DNA of 63,994 nt, filler included, from Sandaracinaceae bacterium (GTDB lineage: Bacteria > Myxococcota_A > Polyangia > Polyangiales > JADJQN01), in NCBI GenBank assembly GCA_947483975.1. It is 8 parts of 8 records of this genome, joined end to end, with 100 filler letters (N's around TTAATTAATTAA, not from the genome) between each part and the next. Parts side by side here need not be neighbours in the genome. Positions count along the whole stretch, not along the records: positions 33,361 to 41,490 come from CANKOL010000246.1; positions 41,591 to 49,680 come from CANKOL010000247.1; 6 more parts are not named here. One strand, given 5' to 3'. Positions 39,301 through 47,960 of the stretch are shown piece by piece. The translations under genes were made by a program, and so were the position numbers. Every line of letters begins with the position of its first letter. Position 1 is the stretch's first letter. The notes under the pieces were generated by a model. That model made no database searches and was not told the DNA's origin. It saw only the letters and a list, made by a program, of their open reading frames with translations.

Positions 39301-40545
39301 AATCCCCCGACGCGCCACTACGGCGACCTCGTCGTCGGTCAGTACGACGCGGCGTCCTCCACGGTCGATTGGGAGATCGTCGACGGCGCGCCGTCCTCGC
39401 CCGTCGTCGCCGGTCCGAGCGGCTGGCGCGGCGGCGTCTCGGCGCCCGGGCCCGACGTCGGCCGCTTCACCAGCATCGCGCGCAGCACCGACGGCACGCT
39501 CTATGTCAGCTACTACGACGCGGACGCCGGCGCGCTCAAGCTCGCCATTCGCAGCGGCTCCAGCTGGTCCACGCAGGTCGTCGACGACAGCGGCGACGCG
39601 GGCCGCTACTCCTCGCTCGTGCTGACCGACGCGGGCGTGCCCGTCGTCGCCTACCTGCGCATCGACGCGCCGGAGACGAGCGGTCGCCCGACCTCGGGCG
39701 TCTACGTCGCGCACGCGGCCAACGCCGCCCCTGCCGACCCGACCGACTGGACCATCACCGCGGTCGTCACCGGCACGATGGCGTGTCGCGCGCAGTTCTG
39801 CGGCACCGGCCAGAGCTGCCTCGAGAGCGGCGAGTGCATCACGCCGACGACCGACTGCGCGACGGCGTGCTCCGACACCCAGGCGTGCAACGCGGGCACC
39901 TGCGCTGCGGCGCTCCCGGATCCGTGGATCGAGGACCTCCCGCCGGCGATCGGCCTCCACATCTCGCTCGCGCGCACGGCCTCGGGCTTCGGGCTCGTCT
40001 ACTACGACCGCAACTCGGGCAACATCCAGGGCGTGTCGAACGACGGCAGCGCTTGGGGCGCGCCCTTCCTGATCGACGGCTACGCGGCCGGCAGCCCCTT
40101 CATCGGGGACAGCGGCATCGGCGCCTCGCTCTTCGTGGACGCGGCCGGCAAGTGGCACGTCTCCTACGTCGACGGCGCGGAAGAGAAGCTCAAGTACGCG
40201 CGCATCAGCGGCACCACGGTCGAGGTGAAGGAGGTCGTCGACGACGGCTCGACCGACGGCACCACGCCCAACCCCGACGGTCGGCACGTCGTCGGCGATG
40301 ACAGCTCGATCGTCGTGACCGACGGCGGCGAGGTGCGCATCGCCTACCAGGACGCGACCGTGCAGCACGTGATGTTCGCGACGCGCGCCGCGGCGGGCGG
40401 CTGGACGCTCACCGCCCTCGACTCGACGGACAGCACCGGCTACTTCGTCGACCAGGTCCTGCTCGCCAACACCTCGTACGTGGCGACCTGGTGGCGTCGT
40501 GAGCAGGGCACGAAGGCGAACGGCGTCCGCGTCCTGAACCCCTAG
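36322..40545 (+). CDS. Large lipoprotein with internal MYXO-CTERM-like segment, second internal lipobox and C-terminal beta-propeller-like region
   Basis: N-terminal LFAC; GGCGC..TM..GRRR at 38767-38868; VVLVLATPLAFGAMGC at 38947-38994; GRFTSIA/GRYSSL/GLHISLA-type blade repeats. Confidence 0.85.
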   Translation: MIRFRQQSQHFLVAAVVLFLFACGGGSCSSCAGCGVAPIPGGFPIAERIDNSAQVRLTSSGVSFIENNIDAIVAQFLPGGLDFAVPATSGSIATVWPLPDITYTVCGSGTTCMIHGEIDSIDITPTAPNRLSIHLRVILDSRDGAGARASLPIDTSLGMLHADIDTRAGSRTYVGLTVNIDLAAETRAARAGYTRIVVSDATLTSGEELENEDISITGSGFGGTIISFFINLFKGTIVGMLQDQVTGILQGAISSQLCTKAGDTGCPTGSTPDGAGPTATCNFTGTTECVPMLLGTDGQGDLGAAFLGGFSPGTHGSGQFMLAAGGDGEAVNDGMSVFFYGGFRSTNGDYTVSPGHNACVPALTPTSPRSGGGTIADNWGGGNRPSIARVDTFRSNTPAGLATPPHVSIGLAEDYLNYSAFGAFDAGLLCIGAGTRLSQQISTGLFSILIGSLKNLSFPEEAAALAFSIRPQEPPRVTVGTAAGEPTLALLLPSVQMDFYVWSQERYVRIMTYQADLNITINLTVDAGQIVPMIGELTATNPSVTNSDLITEDPATLATTITSVLGSFAGSLGGSIAPISLPAISGFNLIVPPGGLTGVADTGEKFLGIFANLEIAAPAPLTMTTDTTLAVQDLVLNREAMTVEHFAQGATPSIRLNMNASGPAAVDFEYSYRLDGMQWSPWTRDRSVVFESPALLLQARHDVEARSRVVGEHLTTDLTPAHAEVLIDLIAPDVVVEQDGTTVRVTATDVITSRDALSYRYRTGDGVWTAWTHDASYALPDGGATGVDVEVKDEAGNVGASRQALIRGLPNAAATGGCGCTVADGGPTGGDLAVFAMAALFVLGAGRRRSLPGAKPFLTGRLAGRLARAALKHLPVVLVLATPLAFGAMGCDCGSKKTVPTPPACDGLCGTAPEAGQFCCTTTNMCQTYGDDADCAPGFTCPPASIELDGCTVRCAAGACTEKPPLTPGQLATHLDMVLDESGVPILSGYAAGNPPTRHYGDLVVGQYDAASSTVDWEIVDGAPSSPVVAGPSGWRGGVSAPGPDVGRFTSIARSTDGTLYVSYYDADAGALKLAIRSGSSWSTQVVDDSGDAGRYSSLVLTDAGVPVVAYLRIDAPETSGRPTSGVYVAHAANAAPADPTDWTITAVVTGTMACRAQFCGTGQSCLESGECITPTTDCATACSDTQACNAGTCAAALPDPWIEDLPPAIGLHISLARTASGFGLVYYDRNSGNIQGVSNDGSAWGAPFLIDGYAAGSPFIGDSGIGASLFVDAAGKWHVSYVDGAEEKLKYARISGTTVEVKEVVDDGSTDGTTPNPDGRHVVGDDSSIVVTDGGEVRIAYQDATVQHVMFATRAAAGGWTLTALDSTDSTGYFVDQVLLANTSYVATWWRREQGTKANGVRVLNP

Positions 40546-40569
40546 CCGCTCTTCGGCAGCACCCCAAGA

Positions 40570-40599
40570 GAAAGGGGACCGGGCAGCCGGTCCCCTTTT
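40570..40599. terminator. Bidirectional intrinsic terminator between convergent genes
   Basis: AAAGGGGACCGG-GCAG-CCGGTCCCCTTTT. Confidence 0.8.
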
Positions 40600-40650
40600 G
40601 ATTTCCGTCGCGGCGACGCGCGGGCGGACGCACCCGAGCCTCACCCAGAC

Positions 40651-40938
40651 TCAGGCGACCGCGCTCCTGACGCCGAGGCTGTCGATGCGTGTGTCCTTCA
40701 CGCCGGACGTCGCCTCTTCGCGCGCGTCCTCCGCGTCGAGATACTCGGCCCGCGATTCGCTGACGGCGCGCAGCAGGCTGGCCTTGTCGACGAGCCCGGT
40801 GTCGAGCAGCGCCTTCATGTAGCCGTCCGCGTAGCCGTGTGCGCGCGCGAGCTTCGCCCTCTCCGTACCGGCGAACCGCGCCTTGAGCACGTCCTTCAAA
40901 AGCCCACCCAGCACGCTGATCAGCTCGTCCTTGCGCAT
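40651..40938 (-). CDS. Small hypothetical protein
   Basis: GGAGGCGGAG RBS; ARAHGYADGYMKALLDTG; GC3-biased codons. Confidence 0.65.
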   Translation of the reverse strand: MRKDELISVLGGLLKDVLKARFAGTERAKLARAHGYADGYMKALLDTGLVDKASLLRAVSESRAEYLDAEDAREEATSGVKDTRIDSLGVRSAVA

Positions 40939-40986
40939 GTCTCCGCCTCCAGAGCGTCCACTCCTGCTATGGAATGGCGTCCGGCG

Positions 40987-41490
40987 TCAAAAAAGCGCAC
41001 GGAGCAACGCGACGAGACACCCAGCCGGGGTGGCGGAATTGGCATACGCAGGCGACTTAAAATCGCCCCGTCGGCAACGACTTGCGGGTTCGAGTCCCGC
41101 CCCCGGCACTGAGAAGGCGAACAATGGCGCCACGTTAGACCCCCCTCCCGAGTCCGCGTGTCCGGTCGCGTGCTCGGGGAGGGCGCCAGAGGCCGCCTTC
41201 CGTAGCTCGATCACGCGCCCTTCGTGCCGCTTCAATCGCAGCATCGACACGGCTCCGCAGAGCGTCTCCCAGCCGAAGTACGTGTAGCCGTCGATCTGCT
41301 GGCCCTTGGCGTTGTGCGTGATGCGTTCGACGATCTCGACGGGCGCGCCATCGGTCCGCGCGAGCGTGACGAACGAGCGGCGGAAGCTGTGCGCGTCGCG
41401 CGTGCCGGCGGCTCCGTGCGTCTCGATGCCGATCGCGCCAGCGTGCCGGTGAAGGGACTGGGAGCCCGCGGAGTTGTCCCGGTGCATCGC
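40987..41490 (-). mobile_element. Tyrosine integrase C-terminal part (5' truncated) at a tRNA-Leu integration site
   Basis: HSFRRSFVT (HxxR), ITH and DGYT (catalytic Tyr) motifs; frame continues through antisense tRNA to stop at 40987. Confidence 0.8.
41024..41108 (+). tRNA. tRNA-Leu (anticodon TAA)
   Basis: Acceptor stem GCCGGGG/CCCCGGC, anticodon arm GGCGA-CTTAAAA-TCGCC, long variable arm, GTTCGAGTC T-loop, discriminator A; CCA not encoded. Confidence 0.96.
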
Positions 41491-41590
41491 NNNNNNNNNN
41501 NNNNNNNNNNNNNNNNNNNNNNNNNNNNNNNNNNTTAATTAATTAANNNNNNNNNNNNNNNNNNNNNNNNNNNNNNNNNNNNNNNNNNNN
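41491..41590. other. Artificial contig spacer
   Basis: N44-TTAATTAATTAA-N44. Confidence 0.99.
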
Positions 41591-41592
41591 CG

Positions 41593-44001
41593 CCGTGGTT
41601 CGATCCGGCGACGCCGGTCGCGCTCGACTTCGCCGCGGGCGTCTCGCCGCTGCTCGGCCCGGCGACCGACCGCACGGAGCGCTTCGGCGCGACGGACTTC
41701 GCGTTCCGCGGACCGGACACCGACACGGGCGCGCTCTTCGACGTGCTCTATGCGGGCAGCACCGTGCTCGACCGCCCCGAGATCGACGACACGCTCAGCC
41801 TCCTCGACACGCTGCTCGCCGACCACGAGCCCGAGCTTGCGGCGCTGATCGACTCGGTCTGGATCGCGCAGGAGAGCGGCGACGCGAACCCGCTCGCGCA
41901 CGTGGACACGCGCTCGGACCTCTGGGACGACGTGCTCGGCACGACGGAGGCGATGGCGCAGACGCCGGGGCTGCTCGAGGGCATCGTGCGCGGGCTGACC
42001 GACCCGGCGAGCGCCGACCTCGGCCCAGTCACCGCCGAGTTCATGCGCTACTCGGACCGCGTCGAGTACGACCCGGCGAACCTCAACGGCCCGCCGCTCC
42101 CAGCCGGACTGCTCACGGACCGCACCGACTGGACGCACGCCGACAGCCCCGACAACGAGAGCCTCTTTCAGCGCTCCCTCGCGGTCATTCAGGACCTCGA
42201 CGGCGTGCGCGTCTGCAACAAGGCGGGCGCCGTGCTGCGCCTCTACAACTCGTCCGGGACCGTGCTCCTGCGCTGGCCGCTGACGCGCGGCTACGACGAG
42301 TGCGAGCTCATCGAGATCGACAACGTCGCTGAGACGTACGTGAAGTCCGTGCTCGGGCGCGCGCACGTCGTGCTGAAGGACACGACGCTCGATGGGCTGC
42401 TGCGGCTCGCGCAGTCGATCGGCATCTTGACCATCGACGACCTGCTCCAGAGCCAGTCGGGCATCGACGGGCTGACGCAGACGCCGACGCCCCAGGCGCT
42501 CGGGCGCCTCGTGTTCGCGCCAGCGAACCCGTTCGTGCAGGGGCTGCTCGACTCGACCTCGTTCAAGCGCGACCGCAACCACGACGGCGTGTACGCGAGC
42601 GACGAGGTCGTGCCGATGAGCACGCGGCACGTCGGCGTGGTCGCCGCGTGGGAGAAGACCTTCCTGATCAACGGCCACGAGGCGAGCTTCATCAGCGCGC
42701 TGGCGCCCGTCGTGCGCGGCTTCGACGACTACGACGCGGAGGGCGGGCGCTTCTTCTTCGGCGAGGTCATCCGCGACTTCTATCTGCACTATCCGACGCG
42801 CACGAACGCGGCCTCGCAGCGGACGGCGCCGACGCAGGATATGTACTCGCAGCAGGACGACGCGCGCAGCTACGAGCCCGTCGTCGCGGACCTGCTCGAC
42901 CATGGGCAGCTGACGGCGCGCCTCGGCGCGCTCGTCCGCGTGCTCGACGGGATCACGGTGCGCCCCGGCGTCGACGGAGTCGACGCGCTGGTCGCGGCCA
43001 CCAACGTGCTCGTCGATCCGACTCGCTCGTGCGGTGGCTCGTGCGCGGGAGGCGGCGGGCTGCGCTATCGGAGCGGGCGCGACTATCCGTGCACGTCGTC
43101 GGGCGTTTGCTTCGACGGCTCCGGCGGGCGCGCGCGGCGCTACGTCTCGCCGATGTATCTGCTGGTCGACGGGCTCGCGAGCATGGACCGCGCGCTCGAG
43201 GCAGAGCCAGCGCGCCTCACCCGCTGGCGCTCGGCGCGCGGCGCGCTCACCGATCAACTGCTCTCCGTCACGGCCACGACGCCGACGCGCCTCGCCAACC
43301 GGCGCACGGAGGCGATGCTGCGCCTGCTCGTGCCGTTCGTGCGCGCGCGCCTCGCGGAGCACCGCGCGGCGGGCGACCTCTCGGCGTGGGCGGATGGCCT
43401 CACCGCGCGCGCCGCGTCCTCGCTCGGCTCAGCGACGGTGAGCGCCTCGCTCGCGTTCCTCGACGCGATTCAGAACGACCCGGAGGCGCGCGACGCGCTC
43501 GCGAAGCTGATCGGCTATCTCGTCGACGCGAGCTCGTCGAACGACGCGTTCGCGACGACGATCACGGCGGTCAGCGACTTCCTCCAGGTGCTCGACGACG
43601 ACCGCAACCTCACGCCGCTGCTGCACGCATTGTCCGCCGGGCTCGCGCCGAACGCGCGCGCGGCGGTCGGCGACGGGACTCCGCTCAGCACCGACGGGAG
43701 CGCGGCCGACGAGACGCTCGATCTGCTCCGGCAGGTGAACGGCCTCGACGACAGGCACGCGACCCACAGCGTGCTCGGGAACCTCGTCGCGCTCCCCGAG
43801 ACCGGCGAGCAGATCACGCCGCTCGAGACGCTGATCGACGTGCTCACCGAGGTGAACCGCGCCTCGCCGGGAGTCGGCGGCTCGCTCGACGCGGGCGACT
43901 ACCGCCGCATTCTCGGCACCTCGGGGGACTTCTTCACCGACCCGGACCACGGGATGGAGCGCCTCTACCGCGTGGTGCAGCAGCGGGAGCTCGACCGTTG
44001 A
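41593..44001 (+). CDS. Large, mostly helical hypothetical protein, 5' truncated
   Basis: Open from contig start for about 800 codons with GC3-biased codons; no recognisable motif. Confidence 0.8.
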   Translation, partial: PWFDPATPVALDFAAGVSPLLGPATDRTERFGATDFAFRGPDTDTGALFDVLYAGSTVLDRPEIDDTLSLLDTLLADHEPELAALIDSVWIAQESGDANPLAHVDTRSDLWDDVLGTTEAMAQTPGLLEGIVRGLTDPASADLGPVTAEFMRYSDRVEYDPANLNGPPLPAGLLTDRTDWTHADSPDNESLFQRSLAVIQDLDGVRVCNKAGAVLRLYNSSGTVLLRWPLTRGYDECELIEIDNVAETYVKSVLGRAHVVLKDTTLDGLLRLAQSIGILTIDDLLQSQSGIDGLTQTPTPQALGRLVFAPANPFVQGLLDSTSFKRDRNHDGVYASDEVVPMSTRHVGVVAAWEKTFLINGHEASFISALAPVVRGFDDYDAEGGRFFFGEVIRDFYLHYPTRTNAASQRTAPTQDMYSQQDDARSYEPVVADLLDHGQLTARLGALVRVLDGITVRPGVDGVDALVAATNVLVDPTRSCGGSCAGGGGLRYRSGRDYPCTSSGVCFDGSGGRARRYVSPMYLLVDGLASMDRALEAEPARLTRWRSARGALTDQLLSVTATTPTRLANRRTEAMLRLLVPFVRARLAEHRAAGDLSAWADGLTARAASSLGSATVSASLAFLDAIQNDPEARDALAKLIGYLVDASSSNDAFATTITAVSDFLQVLDDDRNLTPLLHALSAGLAPNARAAVGDGTPLSTDGSAADETLDLLRQVNGLDDRHATHSVLGNLVALPETGEQITPLETLIDVLTEVNRASPGVGGSLDAGDYRRILGTSGDFFTDPDHGMERLYRVVQQRELDR

Positions 44002-45677
44002 GCGCGCGTCCTCGCGCAGGCTCTCCCTGCGCCCTCCCCGTCGCGCTCGCTGTGCTGCTCGCCCTCGGCGGGAGCGCCCTCGCGCCCGGCGTCGCGCGGG
44101 CGGGCGGATTCTTCCTCGGGGACCGCGGGGTGCGCGGGACGGGGCGCGCCGGCGCGCTCATCGCAGGCGCCGATGCACCGGATTCCCTCTGGTACAACCC
44201 CGCCGGGCTCGCGTGGTCGGGGCAGCAGCTACAGCTCGACGCGACGCTCGTGCTGCCCGATCACGAGTTCACGCGCATAGACGGCGGCGGCGAGTGGCAG
44301 CCGACCGTCCGGGCGTCGGGCATCCCAGTGCCGATCCCGGGGCTCTTCTACTCGGACAACTTCGGCCTACGCGACTGGACCTTCGGCGTCGGCGCGTTCG
44401 CTCCGACGGCGGTGCTCGAGAAGTGGCCCGAGACGGTGACCGTCGGCGGTGTGACCGAGCCCTCGCCGGAGCGCTACTCGGTGCTGTCGCTCGAGGGCAC
44501 GGTGCTCGGGCACCTCGCCGTCGGCGCGGCGTGGCGCCCCCTGCCCGCGCTCTCGATCGGCGCGACGGCGCAGCTGATCGGCGCGAGCTTCCGCATTCGC
44601 AGCGTGATCAGCGGCTGTGATCGCGCGTTCTGCACGCAGCCAGAGAACCCCGACTTCGACGCGCTCGCCGACGTGAACCTCTCGCAGGTGATCGCGGCGA
44701 CGTTCGGCGCGGGCGTGCTCTACGACGCAGGCTTCGCGCGCTTCGGCGCGTCATTCCTCACGCCGTACACGCTCTCTGGTGACGCGACGATCACCGTGCG
44801 CCTGCCGAGCGCGGCGGCGTTCGACAGCGCGCGTATCGAGGGCAATCAGGCGTCTACCTCGCTCGCGATGCCGTGGATCTTGCGCGCGGGCGTCGAGGTG
44901 CGACCGCTGCGCGGGCTGCGCGTCGAGGCGGCGATCGTCGCGCAGCTTTGGTCGACGCAGCAGGCGATGACGATCACGCCGCACGACATCTGGCTGCGCA
45001 ACGTGCTCGCGCTCGGCGACTACGAGGCCGGGCCCGTGACCGTCCCGCGCGGGATGCGCGACACGCTCAGCCTGCGCCTCGGCGGCGAGTACACGACCGG
45101 CATCCTGGGCGTCCGCGCCGGCTTCGCGTACGAGAACGGCGCGTTCGACGACGCGTACCTCTCGCCGCTGACCATCGACTCGGACAACGCGACGCTCGCC
45201 CTCGGCGCCAGCGTCGAGGTGACGCGCGGGCTCTTCGTCGACGTGAGCTATCAGCACTTCTTCATGCGCAACCGGCAGGTGCGCAACAGCGCCGTCCCGC
45301 AGGCGAACCCGGTGCGCCCGCCGTCTGCCGATCCGGTCTACGTCGGCAACGGTGACTACGTCCTCGAGGCCGACACGCTCGGCGTCGGGCTGCGCTGGCA
45401 GATCGACGCGCCTCCGAGTCGCAGCCCCGAGACCGCCGAAGCGGCGACCGACGCGAGTCCCGAGCCCGCGCCGACGCCACCGACCACCGCCGCGGCGCCG
45501 ACGCCTCCGGACCACGCGTTCGTTTGGCCGCACGCCACGCCTGCGCCCACCCCCGCCGCGGAAATGCCGCCCGAAGCCGACGAACCGCCCGACGCCAACC
45601 CGTACCGGACGCGGACGCCGCGCCCCGCGCCTAGACGGAGGCGCCCTTCCAGCCGCCGCGCGCCCACACCACCGTGA
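43998..45677 (+). CDS. FadL/OmpP1-family outer-membrane transporter with Pro-rich C-terminal tail
   Basis: Signal ending ARA-GGF; GRAGA and WYNPAGL hatch motif; alternating beta strands; TTG start overlaps upstream stop. Confidence 0.82.
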   Translation: MSARPRAGSPCALPVALAVLLALGGSALAPGVARAGGFFLGDRGVRGTGRAGALIAGADAPDSLWYNPAGLAWSGQQLQLDATLVLPDHEFTRIDGGGEWQPTVRASGIPVPIPGLFYSDNFGLRDWTFGVGAFAPTAVLEKWPETVTVGGVTEPSPERYSVLSLEGTVLGHLAVGAAWRPLPALSIGATAQLIGASFRIRSVISGCDRAFCTQPENPDFDALADVNLSQVIAATFGAGVLYDAGFARFGASFLTPYTLSGDATITVRLPSAAAFDSARIEGNQASTSLAMPWILRAGVEVRPLRGLRVEAAIVAQLWSTQQAMTITPHDIWLRNVLALGDYEAGPVTVPRGMRDTLSLRLGGEYTTGILGVRAGFAYENGAFDDAYLSPLTIDSDNATLALGASVEVTRGLFVDVSYQHFFMRNRQVRNSAVPQANPVRPPSADPVYVGNGDYVLEADTLGVGLRWQIDAPPSRSPETAEAATDASPEPAPTPPTTAAAPTPPDHAFVWPHATPAPTPAAEMPPEADEPPDANPYRTRTPRPAPRRRRPSSRRAPTPP

Positions 45678-46998
45678 GCAGCGCCGTGCGCACGATCCAG
45701 TCGCAGGTCGAGCCGAGCCACACGCCGACCAACCCGAGCCCCGCGACGCGCGTGAAGTAGTACGTCGCCGCCAGGCGCACGACGAGCCCGCCGAGCAGCG
45801 TCACGCCGAGCGCCGAGCGCGTGTCGCCCGAGCCGCGCACCGCCTGCGAGAGCACCACGCCCGTCGCCATGAACGGCTGCGAGACGGCGGCGACGAGCAT
45901 CACGGGCGCGGCGACAGCCAGGATGGACGCGTCGCTCGTGAACAGCCGCAAGAGCAGGTGCGGCGCGACGGCGAACGAGAGCCCCACCGAGCCGAGCGCG
46001 AGGACCGCGAGCCCCGTCGCGATGCGCGCCGCGTACGCTGCGTCTTCGGGTCGGCGCGCGCCGAGGCGCTGCGCGACGATGGACGCCGCGGCGATGCCGA
46101 AGCCATCCGCGCTGAGGAAGCAGATCGATTCGAGGCTGACGAGCGCTTGGTTCGCCGCCATCGCCGTCGAGCCGAGCGCGCCGATCATCGTGACGAACAC
46201 GAAGAAGCCGAGGTGCTGCACGATCTTCTCCGCGAACGACGGTCCGGACACGCGCAGAAAGCGCAGCGCCGCCGCGCGCTCACCGCCTCGGCCGCGGAGC
46301 GACACGCGTCCGTCGCGCCGCATCAGCGCCGCGAGCAGGAGCGCGACCTGCACGAGCATCGCGATCACAGAGCCGAGCGCCGCGCCGCGCGTGCCCATCG
46401 ACGGCACGCCGAAGCGCCCGAAGATCAGCACCCACGCGAGCGGCGCGTTCACGAGGTTGCCGACCGTCGCGATGAGGAACGGCGTGCGCGTGTCGCCCGA
46501 CGCCTGCAGCGCAGCCGCCGCGACGCCGACCACCAGCAAGAGCGGCATTCCGGGGGCGAGCATCGTCAGGTAGTCGCGGGCCGCGGCGTGGACCTCCGGG
46601 GTCGCGCCCGGAAACGCCGCGAGGATCAGCGGCATCCCCGCCGTGACGAGCACGCCCGCGAGCGAGCCGACGACGACCGCGAGCACCAAGCCCGCCCGCA
46701 CGGCAGCGCCCGCCAGCGCGCGGTCCCCGGCGCCCGTCGCGCGCCCGACGAGCGCGACGACGCCGACTGCGAACGCGCCCATCACGCTCAGCACCGACCA
46801 GGTCAGCGGCCCGCTGATCTGCATCGACGCGAGCGACGCGGCGCTGTGTCGGCCGAGCATCGCGCGGTCCACGAGAAAGACGAGCGTCTCGAGCAACGAC
46901 TGCCCGATCGCGGGCCCGGCGAGCGCGAGGACGGCGGCGAACGTCGCGCGGCGCGAGGCGTGCGCCGCAGCCGACGCTGCGAGCGCATCGCGCGGCAT
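45631..46998 (-). CDS. MATE-family efflux transporter
   Basis: VDRAMLG, ASGDTRTP, LIFG, GAALG, RGSGDTRS; about 12 TM segments. Confidence 0.9.
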   Translation of the reverse strand: MPRDALAASAAAHASRRATFAAVLALAGPAIGQSLLETLVFLVDRAMLGRHSAASLASMQISGPLTWSVLSVMGAFAVGVVALVGRATGAGDRALAGAAVRAGLVLAVVVGSLAGVLVTAGMPLILAAFPGATPEVHAAARDYLTMLAPGMPLLLVVGVAAAALQASGDTRTPFLIATVGNLVNAPLAWVLIFGRFGVPSMGTRGAALGSVIAMLVQVALLLAALMRRDGRVSLRGRGGERAAALRFLRVSGPSFAEKIVQHLGFFVFVTMIGALGSTAMAANQALVSLESICFLSADGFGIAAASIVAQRLGARRPEDAAYAARIATGLAVLALGSVGLSFAVAPHLLLRLFTSDASILAVAAPVMLVAAVSQPFMATGVVLSQAVRGSGDTRSALGVTLLGGLVVRLAATYYFTRVAGLGLVGVWLGSTCDWIVRTALLTVVWARGGWKGASV

Positions 46999-47002
46999 CC
47001 GA

Positions 47003-47887
47003 CTACCTCGACATCCGCATCTTGGTCTTCGGGCGCATCTGATATCCGCCCGCCTCGAGGGCGGAGAGCGCGATCTTCTGCAGGTCGGGGCTCGCCTTCG
47101 GATCCATGAACGGGCCGAGGTGGTTCGGGTCGAGCGCGACCAATCCGTCCATCGCCTTCCGGGCGAGCCCGCGCTTGGTCAGCGCGAAGTACGTCCAGAC
47201 CTGCGCTCGCAGCAGCGCCGGGCGCAGCTCGGCGAGCGAGGCGTCGTCCGCCTGATAGGTCTCGAGGAGCACGCGCGCCTCGTCGGGCTTGCCCGTGCGG
47301 GCGAAGGTCTCGGCGATCACCGCCGCGGCCATCGCCTTGGCCTTGGGGTTCGACTGCCGGTCGAGGCGGATCTTGTCGGCGACCGGGCGCGCCTCGCGCG
47401 GCTTGTTCACCGCGAGATAGAGCAGCGCGAGCATCGCGCGGATCTCGTCCTGCACCGTCGCCGGCGCCTTCTCGACGTCGATGGCGACCAGCGTCTCGAT
47501 CGCCTTGTTCGGGTCTTCCTGAGCCTGAATTTGCGCGGTCGCGAGGGCGTTGAGCGCGTCCTTCGCGTCCCCGCTCGCGAGCTTCTCGAGCGCCGCCTTG
47601 CGGCCATCAGCGTCGGTCGCGCCCTGCAGGATCTGGGCGATCGCCGAGGTCTTCCGCGTGAGCTGCCACAGGTAGATGCCGAAGCCCGCCGCGACGAGCG
47701 TCAGCACGCCGACGACGCCGACGCCCCAGTACGAGATGTACGGCGTGGTCATCGCCGCAGTGACCCAGAGGATGGCGAAGCCCGCGCCGATCTGCGCGAT
47801 GACCTTCCACTTCAGGCCGGGCTTCTCGACTTGGACGGGCTGCGCGGCCGCCTGATTCGGTGCAGGGATCTTCTTCGGCTTGGCCAC
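47003..47887 (-). CDS. Membrane-anchored TPR-like hypothetical protein
   Basis: GAAGGAG RBS and GTG at 47887; two TM helices followed by helical repeats. Confidence 0.7.
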   Translation of the reverse strand: MAKPKKIPAPNQAAAQPVQVEKPGLKWKVIAQIGAGFAILWVTAAMTTPYISYWGVGVVGVLTLVAAGFGIYLWQLTRKTSAIAQILQGATDADGRKAALEKLASGDAKDALNALATAQIQAQEDPNKAIETLVAIDVEKAPATVQDEIRAMLALLYLAVNKPREARPVADKIRLDRQSNPKAKAMAAAVIAETFARTGKPDEARVLLETYQADDASLAELRPALLRAQVWTYFALTKRGLARKAMDGLVALDPNHLGPFMDPKASPDLQKIALSALEAGGYQMRPKTKMRMSR

Positions 47888-47960
47888 GCGAACTCCTTCG
47901 TGCGGCCGGTCTGTAGTCTGGAACGCCGCGCCGTTCAACCGCGCTCGCCGCTCGGGCTAC

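Noticed and set aside
42648..43997. 1009-aa FadL fusion ORF
   Set aside because: The upstream part is an alternative frame of the preceding gene; the signal peptide begins at about 43998.
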